Shown here: positions 17,485 through 28,158 of the stretch, in pieces | Layout of the letters: each line of letters opens with the position of its first letter | How positions within the stretch are numbered: the stretch's first letter is position 1 | Assembly: GCA_043804895.1 (NCBI GenBank) | Contig: JAZDIN010000001.1 | Coordinates: forward strand, 1 to 48,209 | Source of the DNA: Candidatus Altiarchaeota archaeon | GTDB lineage: Archaea > Altiarchaeota > Altiarchaeia > IMC4 > SCGC-AAA252-I15 | Direction of reading: 5' to 3' | DNA: 48,209 nucleotides | Made by a program: the position numbers and the translations under genes | The notes under the pieces: generated by a model | Seen by the model: the letters and a program-made list of their open reading frames with translations, nothing else | The model's database searches: none | Told to the model about the DNA's origin: nothing

Positions 17485-19109
17485 GGTTAAACCTCCTCAT
17501 ACTTCTAATCCTCCTTCAGGCAGGTTGCATTCAACCGACGTGCCTGGACTGCGATGACGACAACCCATGCACATACGATGCGTGCGTCAACGGAGAATGC
17601 ATCCACAATCCCCTCTCAGGCCCTGTCGAGGGGTGTTACGGGAGCGGCGGATGCGTCGAATACTCATGTTTCAGTGGCGAATGCTTGCCCCAGAAGATAA
17701 CACACTGCTGCGGCAACGGAGTATGCGATGAGGGCGAAACCAACCAGAACTGCGCCCGCGACTGTGAGGCGACGTGTTTCGACAGCATACAAAACCAGGG
17801 GGAGGAATCTGTGGACTGCGGGGGCCTATGCCCCAGGTGCGAGCCATATGAGCAGACCTACCTGAAAAAGATAGGCTTCCTCCACCAGTCGTGGTATTAC
17901 ACGTCGGAAAACTATACCGCTGCCATACTGTCCTACAACAAGGACAAGAATAAGAGCAAACTGATGTCGTCTGCCATGGAGTCCTATGGCGAAGTTGAGA
18001 ACATCAGGGACGTCCTCTCCAAGGCGAATACGACGCAGGGGCTCGTAAATCTCACCGGCATGCTGAATGACACCCTCAACCTCTACATGCAGGCGACGCA
18101 TCATATGGTCATCTTTACTCAGTCCAACGATGATAATAACAGGCTCACCGCGAACAGGCTTTTTGCGGATTCCTATGACGCGGACAGGCTGTTCATCGGC
18201 GAATACAACAGGATAGCTGACCGCTTCAACGTGGTTCAGTCGAAATGTAGCAATCAGATCTTCGATGTTGGCGAGGAGTCAACAGATTGCGGCGGAGTAT
18301 GTGAGACTCCATGTGAGGCGATATATAATGTCACAAAATACGTGCTGTTGAGAATCGAAGGAGGACCGGTCAGAATGCAGCTTAACATCTCCTCACCTGC
18401 TGTCGCCTACCCCCCCCAGCAGAGGCTCATCAACTCATATGTCAAGCCGCATCCAGACCTCATCGAATCCTCGCCAGAAGGAAACCAGTATTACATCTAC
18501 CAGCTTGATATGCCCTCATACGGTGTCATGGAATTCGAGATAACTCACACGGTAAGATTATCCCGGGCTAAGCCGAAAACCAAATCAAACTCAGGTTATT
18601 TCAGCACCCTCTACTTGCAAGAAAACAACTTCAGCAGGATGACAGATGACATATGCTACAGGGCTAATGCGCTCCAGAAGGGCGGCAATGGCACGGAACA
18701 GACGGTAGACAGCATACAAAAGTGGATGATAGGTAACATAAGATACGAGCTCAACCAGGAGGAACTCGGAGCCGAATACTGCTACCTCTACAAGAAGGGA
18801 GCGTGCGACGAGCACGCCGACCTCTTCGTGTCCTTGGCACGCTGTGTTGGCATACCCTCCCGCCGAATAACAGGCTCGCTCATAAACGCAAGCAGTCTAA
18901 ACGGCCACGCCTGGTCAGAATACTACGACGGGGGGTGGGTTTACGTCGACCCTTCAGTGAAAAAGGTAAATCTCGCGTTCGCACCTGACAACAAGCACAT
19001 AACCGCATGCCTCGGAGAGGGCGCATACCACTGCGGTGTGGGATACTCCTACACATACGAGCGAAAGAAACCGCAGATAACCGTCCAGGAAAAAACGTAC
19101 ATGAGTTGA
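17481..19109 (+). CDS. Lipoprotein with Cys-rich repeats and a C-terminal transglutaminase-like domain
   Basis: Lipobox LLQAGC, two GEES.DCGG.C repeats and the triad GACDEHA / HAWSE / VDP. Confidence 0.85.
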   Translation: MRLNLLILLILLQAGCIQPTCLDCDDDNPCTYDACVNGECIHNPLSGPVEGCYGSGGCVEYSCFSGECLPQKITHCCGNGVCDEGETNQNCARDCEATCFDSIQNQGEESVDCGGLCPRCEPYEQTYLKKIGFLHQSWYYTSENYTAAILSYNKDKNKSKLMSSAMESYGEVENIRDVLSKANTTQGLVNLTGMLNDTLNLYMQATHHMVIFTQSNDDNNRLTANRLFADSYDADRLFIGEYNRIADRFNVVQSKCSNQIFDVGEESTDCGGVCETPCEAIYNVTKYVLLRIEGGPVRMQLNISSPAVAYPPQQRLINSYVKPHPDLIESSPEGNQYYIYQLDMPSYGVMEFEITHTVRLSRAKPKTKSNSGYFSTLYLQENNFSRMTDDICYRANALQKGGNGTEQTVDSIQKWMIGNIRYELNQEELGAEYCYLYKKGACDEHADLFVSLARCVGIPSRRITGSLINASSLNGHAWSEYYDGGWVYVDPSVKKVNLAFAPDNKHITACLGEGAYHCGVGYSYTYERKKPQITVQEKTYMS

Positions 19110-19111
19110 GG

Positions 19112-19624
19112 TCAGAGTTTCATCCTGTCTACGAGATAATAGGTTATGTCGCATTCCTCGTCGACTATGGCGTATATCATGTCCTTGTTAACGTTCTTGG
19201 CGAGCCTCAGGGCCCTTGCCATCTCAGGGAAGCTGCACGTGTATTCCTCTGGGACGACGTGCACGAGGTATTTGCTGTGGCCTTTGCCTACGATGTCGCC
19301 CCTCTCGTATATCCTGAAGTCTGTCCCGAACTTTAGGCCGCTCCTCACGACTATCCCCCTCTCCCTCAGGTCCTTGTAGACGAGGTACTTGTTGTAGAAT
19401 TCATCCTCTTTACTGTCCCCCAATTTGATGAGCTCCTCGAAGCTTAGGGTGTTCTTCCCTTTCACGACCTCCAGCTTTCCAGTCTCAACAAGATACACGG
19501 CCTCAATCAGCGAAATCACCAAGGCCTTATCCTCCATCTCACCGAAGCCGCGCTCCTTAAGCTGGCTCTTCAAGTCGTTGTCACCGATCAAAACCTTAGT
19601 GCCTGAAAGTATGCCAGCCGCCAT
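19112..19624 (-). CDS. endA: tRNA-splicing endonuclease (single unit, alpha4-type size)
   Basis: LIEAVYL, YLVYKDLRERG, GLKFGTDFRIY, HSKYLV, and a catalytic K in NVNK. Confidence 0.93.
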   Translation of the reverse strand: MAAGILSGTKVLIGDNDLKSQLKERGFGEMEDKALVISLIEAVYLVETGKLEVVKGKNTLSFEELIKLGDSKEDEFYNKYLVYKDLRERGIVVRSGLKFGTDFRIYERGDIVGKGHSKYLVHVVPEEYTCSFPEMARALRLAKNVNKDMIYAIVDEECDITYYLVDRMKL

Positions 19625-19682
19625 TCTGATAGCATATTCTAGCAGTGAACGTTTAAATAACATATCCTACCCATACTCAATT

Positions 19683-20015
19683 ATGCTGAGGCAGAAAACT
19701 CCTAAAATCCAAGGGGACAACCTCTCGAACATCAATCTGAAAGGCTTTAAAAGTTCTCTCAGACTAGCTTCCAAGGGTGCGGGGTTGAAGCTGGCTAGCA
19801 TTATGGATTTCGTTAACCTGGGCGAGAACAATCTGAGTATGCAGGGATGCTATGTCGCGATGCTCAGGAGGATGGCGTCAAGGATAAGGGATAAGGGAGT
19901 CAGGGACAACGTACGGAAAAAGCTTGACTCAGTGTCGAAGTTGAATAACGAACAGTACGATACGCTCGAATCGATTAGGGCGCAAATCAGTAAGTCGGGT
20001 CAAAATGAATTCTGA
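19683..20015 (+). CDS. Small helical (ferritin-hairpin-like) protein
   Basis: Overlaps the next gene by 11 nt and weakly resembles its N-terminus. The start is uncertain. Confidence 0.55.
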   Translation: MLRQKTPKIQGDNLSNINLKGFKSSLRLASKGAGLKLASIMDFVNLGENNLSMQGCYVAMLRRMASRIRDKGVRDNVRKKLDSVSKLNNEQYDTLESIRAQISKSGQNEF

Positions 20016-20766
20016 CGGCGATTTTTCAATGATACTCCAGCAGGACGTGGCTTTGGAGCAGGACTTGATAAACCTCTACATGAAGTACTATTCCAGTATT
20101 AAAGACGACTATCTCAGGCTTAAGGTCAGGGAGCTGGTGCTTGCCGGGGAAACGCAGGTCAAGATAGCCAAGGACATCGCTGAATATCTACGAGGTAAGA
20201 CATTGGATTTAACCGATTTAGCGGCCTCCTACGAGGTGGGGTCTAACATATCTGGGATACCAGAGGGTATAAGGGAGTTCAGCCCGCCGGACTGCATCAT
20301 AGTCGAGATGAAACATCAAAGCTACAATAATTTCATAATTGACTCGATGAAGCACCTGATGGAGCAACCAGACCTCTCCTGTATATATGTATCAGCGACG
20401 AAGCCGGTTGTCGTTATGAAAGACATATTGGCGAAAGCTGGTGCGGACATAGACAGGATACAGTTCATTGAATGTAGCTCAGCGCCTGAGATGCCTGGAT
20501 CAATATCTCCCTCAAACCTGACTCAAATAAACATCGAACTCAACAACCTGCTTAAGATAACAAGTGGCAGGAAAATCGTTGTATTCGACACACTCTCTGC
20601 ACTGCAGGTGTATAACACTAGCCAGATCATCACAGACTTCGTTAACGTGGTAAGCAAGATGGCAAAGGTTTCAGGGTTTGGGCTTGTATGGCTCCACATA
20701 AAATCAGATACAGAACCGCTTAACCCAGTAGTCCAGACATTTGTGGACAGGACGGTTCCCTACTAA
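20005..20766 (+). CDS. Ferritin-like hairpin fused to a degenerate RecA/KaiC-like domain
   Basis: EQDLINLY...IKDDYLR in the N-terminus. CIYVS..KP, IQFIEC and IVVFDTLSAL (Walker B-like) in the C-terminus, with no Walker A. Confidence 0.65.
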   Translation: MNSDGDFSMILQQDVALEQDLINLYMKYYSSIKDDYLRLKVRELVLAGETQVKIAKDIAEYLRGKTLDLTDLAASYEVGSNISGIPEGIREFSPPDCIIVEMKHQSYNNFIIDSMKHLMEQPDLSCIYVSATKPVVVMKDILAKAGADIDRIQFIECSSAPEMPGSISPSNLTQINIELNNLLKITSGRKIVVFDTLSALQVYNTSQIITDFVNVVSKMAKVSGFGLVWLHIKSDTEPLNPVVQTFVDRTVPY

Positions 20767-20792
20767 AATACTAAAACCGCTTATCTTAAACC

Positions 20793-21767
20793 ATGATAGT
20801 CTTGGGTCTTGAGGGGACTGCTCACACCCTAGGAGTTGGGGTCATTGACGGTGACTATACGGTATTCGCTGACGTACGCAACACCTACAGCCCAAAAGAC
20901 GGCGGCATACACCCACGTGACGCCTCACAGCACATGGCCTCTGTGATGAGGGAGGCTTTGGATGAGGCTCTTTTCCAGGCGAAGGCCACGATGGATGACA
21001 TCAGCATAATAGCGTTCAGCCAGGGGCCGGGGTTGGGGCCGTGTCTTAGGACAGTGGGTACAGCAGCGAGGACTTTGGCTTTATACTACAAGAAACCCCT
21101 CATAGGAGTCAACCATTGCGTCTCCCACATCGAAGTAGGCCGCATCCTCAGCGGATTCAAGAATCCGCTAGTGCTATACGTGAGCGGGGCAAACAGCCAA
21201 GTCATAATGCTCAAAGACGGCAGATACCGTGTATTCGGGGAGACCCTTGACATAGGATTGGGGAACATGCTTGACAAGTTCGGCAGAGAAGTAGGACTAG
21301 AGCATCCTGCGGGGCCGAAGATTGAGAAGCTCGCATTAGATGGTGGGCAGTTCATCGAACTCCCTTATGTGGTGAAGGGGACTGACATGAGCTTCTCAGG
21401 GATACTCACATCAGCCTTGCAGAAATACAATTCTGGAACCAGACTCGAAGACCTCTGCCACTCCTTGCAGGAAACGTCGTTCAGCATGCTATGCGAGGTG
21501 ACTGAGAGGGCGCTCGCGCACCTAAAAGTGAATGAGGTCATCCTAGCAGGCGGCGTCGGCTACAACAAGAGGCTGCAGGAGATGGTCCGCTCAGTGGCAG
21601 AGGAACACAACGCAAGATTCGACTACCCTGCAAAATACATGGGAGACAATGGAGTCATGATAGCCATGACAGGCCTCAAAATGCACAACGCAGGAGTCAA
21701 AATGAAAGCCGAGGAATCCTACGTAGACCCCAACCAGAGAACAGACGACGTGGAAGTAGTATGGTGA
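20793..21767 (+). CDS. kae1: KEOPS t6A threonylcarbamoyltransferase Kae1 (stand-alone)
   Basis: GLEGTAH, GPGLGPCL, NHCVSHIE and DNGVMIA. Confidence 0.96.
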   Translation: MIVLGLEGTAHTLGVGVIDGDYTVFADVRNTYSPKDGGIHPRDASQHMASVMREALDEALFQAKATMDDISIIAFSQGPGLGPCLRTVGTAARTLALYYKKPLIGVNHCVSHIEVGRILSGFKNPLVLYVSGANSQVIMLKDGRYRVFGETLDIGLGNMLDKFGREVGLEHPAGPKIEKLALDGGQFIELPYVVKGTDMSFSGILTSALQKYNSGTRLEDLCHSLQETSFSMLCEVTERALAHLKVNEVILAGGVGYNKRLQEMVRSVAEEHNARFDYPAKYMGDNGVMIAMTGLKMHNAGVKMKAEESYVDPNQRTDDVEVVW

Positions 21768-21810
21768 TGGCTCTAAATGATTTTTAAGCCTTGTTTGCTG
21801 AGTATTTGCT

Positions 21811-23736
21811 GTGGATGCTGTTGAAAAACCTGTGAAGGAGCCTGTGAAGGTTGAGCCTAAGCTTGACCCTGCTGACATGAAGCACTGGAATGAATTCAAG
21901 ACCACTGATGAGATTAAGGTTCCGACGAAGCTCATAGACCAGGTTATCGGCCAGGAGAAGGCTGTGAACATCATAAAGAAGGCTGCGAAGCAGCGCAGGC
22001 ATATTATGTTGATAGGCGACCCGGGAACAGGCAAAAGCATGCTAGCGAACGCGATGGCCGAGCTTATGTCTTGTGAGTCTTTGGTTGATCTCCTTGCCCT
22101 CCCAAACACCGATGACGAGAACAACCCGAAGGTGTTGGTGGTCCCGGCAGGGGAGGGTCGTAAAATAGTTAAGGCTGAGCGTGACAAGGAGTTGGACACT
22201 TCGAAAGACAGTGGCATGAGGATTCCGCTCATGCTCGGCCTGTTCTTTGTGCTGCCTCTTGGGTTGTACTTATTCGGAATCGTAAAGGATGGTATGATAA
22301 TTGCTGCTATGATGGCATTCGGTATCGTCTTCTTCCTCCTTTTCGGAGTGAACCTAAGGTTCATGATGGGCGGCCAGAAGAGCATGGCACCAAGGCTCAT
22401 AGTGGACAACGGCGAAAGAAAGATCGCTCCATTCTTTGACGGAACCGGCGCCCATGCTGGGGCTCTACTGGGGGACATAAAACACGACCCACTCCAGTCC
22501 GGCGGCCTTGGCACTCCAGCGCACCTGCGCGTAGTCGCGGGACTGATTCACAAAGCCCATAGGGGCGTGCTCTTCATAGACGAGATAGGGACTCTCGGCC
22601 ATTCGCAGATTGACCTTCTGACTGCAATCCAGGAGAAGCAGCTTCCGATAACCGGCAGGAGCGAGATGAGCTCAGGCGCGATGGTTATGACAAACCCCGT
22701 CCCCTGCGACTTCATACTCATGGCTTCAGGAAATATCCAGGTCGTTGAGACGATGCATCCTGCGCTGCGTTCCAGGATTAGGGGTTATGGTTATGAAGTC
22801 TTCATGAAGGAGACCATAGAAGACACCGATGAGAACCGTAAGAAGATGGTGCAGTTCGTGGCTCAGGAGGTCACCAAGGACGGCAAGATTCCGCATTTCA
22901 CTGTCGAGGCTGTGGATGAGATACTCAGGGAGGCGAAACGCCGTTCAGGAACAAGAGGCAAATTAACGCTAAGGTTCAGGGAGCTCGGTGGAATCATAAG
23001 GGCTGCGGGGGACATAGCGAACGAGAAGAAGCACAAATACGTCACAGCAGACGACGTCCTTGAAGGCAAGAAGAGCGCAAGGACGTTGGAGCAGCAGATA
23101 GGTGACTTTTATCTTGAGCGGAAGAAGGAGTACAACATCCTAATAACGAAGGGCAGCAAGGTCGGTAGAGTCAACGGGCTTGCTGTGATGGGGGAAGGCG
23201 GCACTGTACTCCCCATTGTAGCTGAAGTCGCGCCAGCCCACAGCCAAAAGAGCGGGCAGATTGTGGCGACAGGAAAGCTTGGCGAGATAGCGAAGGAGGC
23301 TGTGATCAACGTCTCAGCCCTGATAAAGAAGATATCCGGCAAGGACGTCTCCAACCACGACATACACATACAGTTCCTCCAGACCTATGAGGGAGTTGAA
23401 GGGGACAGTGCCTCGGTCAGCGTCGCAGTCGCCGTCATGAGCGCCCTGGAGAAGGTGAGCGTCCGCCAGGATGTGGCGATGACAGGCTCACTTACAGTCC
23501 GGGGGGAGGTGCTCCCAGTAGGTGGAGTCACCCAGAAGATAGAGGCCGCCATAGAAGCTGGGATAAAGAAGGTCATCATACCGGAGAGCAACATGAAGGA
23601 CGTACTCCTTGAGAAAAGATACGAGGGCAAAATAGAGATAGCCTCAGCGAAGACCCTCGTGGATGTCCTAAGGAATGCCCTAGTGAAAGGAGACCACCTT
23701 GTCGCATTGACTGAGAAGATGTTCAAAGACGACTAG
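21811..23736 (+). CDS. lonB: Membrane-anchored ATP-dependent protease LonB
   Basis: GDPGTGKS, two TM helices, FIDEI, and the Ser-Lys dyad in EGDSAS and GGVTQK. Confidence 0.96.
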   Translation: MDAVEKPVKEPVKVEPKLDPADMKHWNEFKTTDEIKVPTKLIDQVIGQEKAVNIIKKAAKQRRHIMLIGDPGTGKSMLANAMAELMSCESLVDLLALPNTDDENNPKVLVVPAGEGRKIVKAERDKELDTSKDSGMRIPLMLGLFFVLPLGLYLFGIVKDGMIIAAMMAFGIVFFLLFGVNLRFMMGGQKSMAPRLIVDNGERKIAPFFDGTGAHAGALLGDIKHDPLQSGGLGTPAHLRVVAGLIHKAHRGVLFIDEIGTLGHSQIDLLTAIQEKQLPITGRSEMSSGAMVMTNPVPCDFILMASGNIQVVETMHPALRSRIRGYGYEVFMKETIEDTDENRKKMVQFVAQEVTKDGKIPHFTVEAVDEILREAKRRSGTRGKLTLRFRELGGIIRAAGDIANEKKHKYVTADDVLEGKKSARTLEQQIGDFYLERKKEYNILITKGSKVGRVNGLAVMGEGGTVLPIVAEVAPAHSQKSGQIVATGKLGEIAKEAVINVSALIKKISGKDVSNHDIHIQFLQTYEGVEGDSASVSVAVAVMSALEKVSVRQDVAMTGSLTVRGEVLPVGGVTQKIEAAIEAGIKKVIIPESNMKDVLLEKRYEGKIEIASAKTLVDVLRNALVKGDHLVALTEKMFKDD

Positions 23737-23918
23737 GTAATACTTTTCCAATGCACTAATGTCCACCTTTAATAAACATAAACTCGATATACCATTACCA
23801 AAAATAAACGACCGCAGCCTAAATATGCTGCGCTATTCCAAATACGCTCAAAATGCCAAAAAGCCGAACAAACACAGGAGGTGCAAGCGAGTAGCTGAAT
23901 ATCCCTCGCGTATTTGTA

Positions 23919-24872
23919 ATGGAGATAGAAGAATTACCAGGTGTTGGGGAGTCGATAGCCGAGAAGCTCAAGGAGGCGGGGTTCATCAGCATAGAATCCA
24001 TAGCCTGCGCCACAACAGGCGAACTCAAGGACCTCGGCATAGGCGAAGCCAGCGCCGTTAAGATAGTAAAAGCTGCCAGGGATTCGCTCCAAATGGGCTT
24101 CGAGTCAGGCCTTGACGTCCTAGCTAAAAGAGAGCTGATAGGGAAAATAACGACTGGAAGCAAGGAACTTGACAAACTATTAGGCGGCGGAGTCGAAACC
24201 CAAGCTATAACAGAAGTATTCGGGAAATTCGGCTCAGGCAAGACACAGATAGCCCACCAGCTCGCAGTCAACGTCCAACTCCCAAAGAACAAGGGGGGTC
24301 TTGAGGGAACAGCGATATACATAGACACGGAAAACACCTTCAGGCCTGACCGGATACAACAGATGGCCAAGGCAGTGAAATTGAAACCAGACGAGGTACT
24401 CTCAAACATACTCGTTGCCAGAGCGTACAACTCGGACCATCAGATGCTCCTTGCTGAGAAGGCTGCCGAGCTTGTTAGGGAGAAGAATGTTAAACTGGTG
24501 GTAGTGGACTCGCTGACAGCACACTTCAGGGCTGAATATACTGGCCGGGGGACGCTCGCATCAAGGCAGCAGAAGCTCAACAGGCACATGCACACACTAC
24601 AGCGGAAAATATCAGACGTCAACAACGTCGCAGTCCTTGTCACAAACCAGGTGATGGCACGACCTGACATACTCTTCGGAGACCCGACAGCGCCAATCGG
24701 CGGGCACATCGTCGGCCACCACAGCACGTTCCGCGTCTACCTCAAGAAGAGTAAGGGCACGAAGAGGATAGCAGACCTCATAGACTCGCCTAACATGCCT
24801 GACGGCGAATGCGTGTTCGAGGTAGTCACAGACGGCATAATCGATTCCAAGTCAGACTCAAAATCCAAGTGA
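23919..24872 (+). CDS. radA: DNA repair and recombination protein RadA
   Basis: N-terminal HhH (LPGVG), [19 protein letters not shown] and RQQKL. Confidence 0.97.
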   Translation: MEIEELPGVGESIAEKLKEAGFISIESIACATTGELKDLGIGEASAVKIVKAARDSLQMGFESGLDVLAKRELIGKITTGSKELDKLLGGGVETQAITEVFGKFGSGKTQIAHQLAVNVQLPKNKGGLEGTAIYIDTENTFRPDRIQQMAKAVKLKPDEVLSNILVARAYNSDHQMLLAEKAAELVREKNVKLVVVDSLTAHFRAEYTGRGTLASRQQKLNRHMHTLQRKISDVNNVAVLVTNQVMARPDILFGDPTAPIGGHIVGHHSTFRVYLKKSKGTKRIADLIDSPNMPDGECVFEVVTDGIIDSKSDSKSK

Positions 24873-24877
24873 TTAAA

Positions 24878-26050
24878 ATGAGGAACATCTTTGTAGAGTT
24901 CCCCAACGAGAAACCGCTCAAAGACCAGGATGTCGAGCTGGTTGAACGTAAGGGGATAGGACACCCAGACAGCATATGCGATGGACTGGCTGAGGCAGTA
25001 AGCCGCACCCTCTCACAGGAGTATGTGAAGAGGTTCGGCCACATACTGCACCACAACACCGACCAGGTCGAATTGGTCGGCGGAAGAAGCAACCCCCAAT
25101 GGGGTGCTGGGGAGATAATATCCCCCATATACATACTGCTTTCAGGCCGCGCGACAACCGAAGTCGGTAGCGATATGATACCCGTCGGGGAGATAGCAAT
25201 AGGAGCTGCAAGGAAGTACTTGAAGGAGAATTTCCCCCACCTCGACCCTGAGAAGGGCGTCGTATTGGACCAGAAAATAGGCGTAGGCTCATTAGACCTT
25301 CGTTCAGTATTCGGTCGCAAGGGCATGCCTAAGGCCAACGACACCTCCTTCGGCGTGAGCTTCGGCCCGTTCACGCTCACGGAGAAGCTGACATATGAGG
25401 TCGAACGCTACATGAACGGTAAGATGAAGAAGAAGATTAAAGCTTCAGGCGAGGACATTAAGGTCATGGGGGAGCGTCACAAGGATGAGATAATCCTGAC
25501 GATATGCAATGCAATGATATCCAAGCACCTGAAGAGCATCAGCGAATACGAGAGCGTAATGGAGGAGGAAACCAAGTTCGTCCAGGACTTCATAGCCTCG
25601 ATAACAGACAAGCATGTTAAGGTTGAGATTAACACCGGCGACGACATTGAGAATGAGAGCGTCTTCCTGACAGTCTCAGGCACAAGTTCCGAGATGGGCG
25701 ATGACGGTTCTGTCGGCAGAGGAAACCGCGCTAACGGCCTCATCACACCCTACAGGCCGATGAGCATGGAGGCGACCTCAGGCAAGAACCCAGTCAACCA
25801 CGTCGGCAAGATATACAATCTCCTCTCTAAGGAGATAGCCCGCGACATAGTGAAAGACGGCGGGGAACAGGTCTACGTGAGGCTCCTAAGCCAGATAGGC
25901 CACCCAATAGACCAACCCCTGTGCGCAGACGTCCAGATAATCGGCCCACAAAACCTTAAGAAGAAGGCAGTGGAAGTCACCGACTACTGGCTTGAGAACA
26001 TACAGGACATAGCTGACCTATGCCTCAAAGGCAAAGCCCAGACATTCTAA
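24878..26050 (+). CDS. mat: Archaeal S-adenosylmethionine synthetase
   Basis: [20 protein letters not shown] and [16 protein letters not shown] at 24878. Confidence 0.95.
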   Translation: MRNIFVEFPNEKPLKDQDVELVERKGIGHPDSICDGLAEAVSRTLSQEYVKRFGHILHHNTDQVELVGGRSNPQWGAGEIISPIYILLSGRATTEVGSDMIPVGEIAIGAARKYLKENFPHLDPEKGVVLDQKIGVGSLDLRSVFGRKGMPKANDTSFGVSFGPFTLTEKLTYEVERYMNGKMKKKIKASGEDIKVMGERHKDEIILTICNAMISKHLKSISEYESVMEEETKFVQDFIASITDKHVKVEINTGDDIENESVFLTVSGTSSEMGDDGSVGRGNRANGLITPYRPMSMEATSGKNPVNHVGKIYNLLSKEIARDIVKDGGEQVYVRLLSQIGHPIDQPLCADVQIIGPQNLKKKAVEVTDYWLENIQDIADLCLKGKAQTF

Positions 26051-26058
26051 AACCATTA

Positions 26059-26078
26059 GGCCGCCCAACAAGGCGGCC
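26059..26078 (+). terminator. GC hairpin after mat
   Basis: GGCCGCC-N6-GGCGGCC followed by a T/C-rich tract. Confidence 0.45.
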
Positions 26079-26115
26079 AACAACATTTTTATCCTCTCTT
26101 TTCCTCCTACTTATT

Positions 26116-26583
26116 ATGTTCTCTGTCTCTCCTTTGGAGTTGGACATGTTGGCGAAGACGCTGTTTGCGTCGTTCCTGGGTTTCATGATTGGTATCGAAC
26201 GTCAGGGCGGCCCTAAGGGTGCGGGGTTGAGGACGTTCTGCCTGATATGCACCGGTTCAGCTCTTTTCACTGTCCTCTCAGTCAGTGCCTTCCCCGCCAG
26301 CATAGACCAGACACGCATCATAGCGCAGGTTGTCTCAGGAATCGGCTTCATCGGCGCAGGAGTCATATGGCGTCAGAGGGAGGAAGCAGTCCACGGAATA
26401 ACGACGGCCGCGGCCATCTGGGTTTCCGCTGCGGTTGGTGTTGCGGCTGGCTTAGGGCTTTATGTCCTATCCTCTTCGATAACCGTCATAATAATGATAA
26501 TCCTGGCGAAGGGTCACCCCCTGAAGGAGGCGAAGGAGAACCTCAAGTATAATTTCGGTTCTGCTTCCTGCGCGCGAGAGTAA
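26116..26583 (+). CDS. MgtC/SapB family membrane protein
   Basis: AGLRTF, RIIAQVVSGIGFIGAG and GITTAAAIW. Confidence 0.92.
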   Translation: MFSVSPLELDMLAKTLFASFLGFMIGIERQGGPKGAGLRTFCLICTGSALFTVLSVSAFPASIDQTRIIAQVVSGIGFIGAGVIWRQREEAVHGITTAAAIWVSAAVGVAAGLGLYVLSSSITVIIMIILAKGHPLKEAKENLKYNFGSASCARE

Positions 26584-26584
26584 G

Positions 26585-26992
26585 TCACTTCGGTATCTTC
26601 AGCTTGAACTTGTATCCGTATCGTATTATCCCTGAGTCGTCGTCTGCCATTATCTTGCGGAATACCCTCTCGACCTTGTCGCCGATTCTGACTTTCTCAG
26701 GGTCGCAGTCGATTACCTGCGCAGTGCACATAGCGCCCTCGTCTAGTTTAATTATGGCGATGACGTAGGGCTTCTGGTAGTCGAAGCCTGTCGGCGCGGC
26801 CCTTACGATGGTGTAGCTGTAGATTTCGCCATTTCCTGAGAACTTGAATTTCTCTATCCTACTCTTCCTTCTACATTGTGGGCAGATGTTGCGCGGTGGG
26901 AAGAATTTCTGCCCGCATGTCTTACATTCCGTACCTATTAGGTTGTATCTTGTAGTTATCAGCCTCCAGTGTAGTGCGAGCCCTTCAGCCAT
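26585..26992 (-). CDS. DUF35 Zn-ribbon/OB-fold scaffold of the thiolase-HMGS complex
   Basis: CKTC...PPR..CPQC, YSYT and YGYKF. Confidence 0.93.
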   Translation of the reverse strand: MAEGLALHWRLITTRYNLIGTECKTCGQKFFPPRNICPQCRRKSRIEKFKFSGNGEIYSYTIVRAAPTGFDYQKPYVIAIIKLDEGAMCTAQVIDCDPEKVRIGDKVERVFRKIMADDDSGIIRYGYKFKLKIPK

Positions 26993-28156
26993 CTAGTCCA
27001 CCTCCTTTTGGAGTATGTGGACTGCGCATGATGCTCCGCTTCCGCCGACGTTATGTGTGAGGCCTATCTTAGCGTCCTTTACCTGTCTCTTCCCTGCCTT
27101 GCCTCTGAGCTGAAACACAGCTTCAACCGCTTGCGCTACCCCAGTTGCCCCCACAGGGTGTCCTTTGGCTTTCAAACCGCCTGAAGTGTTGATTGGGATG
27201 CTTCCTGTGATTGCTGTCTCACCGTCTTCGGTGAATTTTCCACCCTCCCCTATCTCGCAGAATCCGAGGCTTTCGATTGCCATTATCTCAGCTATTGTGA
27301 AACAGTCATGGACTTCTGCGAAATCAATTTTGCTTGGGTTCAAGCCAGCCATCTTGTATGCCACCTTGGACGCCTTAACAGCAGCCTCTGTCTGGCACAG
27401 GCTTTTTCTGTCGTGGAGTGCAAGGGTGTCTGAGGCCTGGCCTGACCCGGTTATCCACACAGGGTTCTCGCAAAGCTGCCGAGCCTTATCCTCGCTTGCG
27501 AGTATGACCGCTGCTGCGCCATCCGTTATCGGCGAACAGTCCAGGAGTTTCAGCGGGTCAGCGATCGGGGCCGATTTCATGACGTCCTCCAGTCTTATCG
27601 GCTTTCTGTATTGGGCGTTCGGGTTGTGTGAGCCGTTGTAGTGGTTCTTGACAGCGACCTGCGCCATCTGCTCTTCTGTAGTGCCGTATTCAAGCATGTG
27701 CCTTCTTGCCATCAGGGCGTAGAGCGCAGGGAATGTGACACCGTGGAAGGCCTCCCACTCCTGATCGGCTGCGCCGGCAAGTGCGACAGTCGCGTGTTCT
27801 GTGCTGACGTCCGTCATCTTCTCAACCCCCCCGGCAACCACTATGTCAGCAACCCCGGCCTTTATCGCTAGGAAGGCCTGTCGTAGTGCTAGGCCTCCTG
27901 AGGCGCATGCCGATTCCACGCGGGTTGCGGGTATGCCAAGGAGTCCGGCGTTGTCTGCGACCAATGCACCGACGTGCTCCTGCCCTATGAAGAGGCCTGG
28001 CGTCATCGAGCCGACGTATAGGGATTGTATTTCAGCCCCGTCTATCTGGGCGTCCTCTATGGCCTTAATCCCGGCCTCGCTTATGAGGTCGCGGTAGCTT
28101 CTCTCCCAGAATTCGCCGAACTGTGTTATGCCCGCCCCTATAATCGCAACCTTCAT
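26993..28156 (-). CDS. Acetoacetyl-CoA thiolase
   Basis: ESACASG, EVHDCFT, GHPVGATG and HNVGG. Confidence 0.94.
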   Translation of the reverse strand: MKVAIIGAGITQFGEFWERSYRDLISEAGIKAIEDAQIDGAEIQSLYVGSMTPGLFIGQEHVGALVADNAGLLGIPATRVESACASGGLALRQAFLAIKAGVADIVVAGGVEKMTDVSTEHATVALAGAADQEWEAFHGVTFPALYALMARRHMLEYGTTEEQMAQVAVKNHYNGSHNPNAQYRKPIRLEDVMKSAPIADPLKLLDCSPITDGAAAVILASEDKARQLCENPVWITGSGQASDTLALHDRKSLCQTEAAVKASKVAYKMAGLNPSKIDFAEVHDCFTIAEIMAIESLGFCEIGEGGKFTEDGETAITGSIPINTSGGLKAKGHPVGATGVAQAVEAVFQLRGKAGKRQVKDAKIGLTHNVGGSGASCAVHILQKEVD

Positions 28157-28158
28157 TT

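Noticed and set aside
21591-22514. Long antisense ORFs (also 38747-39658, 40377-41120, 30113-30823 and others)
   Set aside because: They are shadow frames of well-supported genes on the opposite strand and carry no recognisable motifs.
23853-23918. In-frame upstream ATG and TAG before radA (possible readthrough or uORF), with a nearby GGAGGTG
   Set aside because: RadA is complete from 23919, the extension resembles nothing I recognise, and no recoding machinery is visible. Most likely chance.
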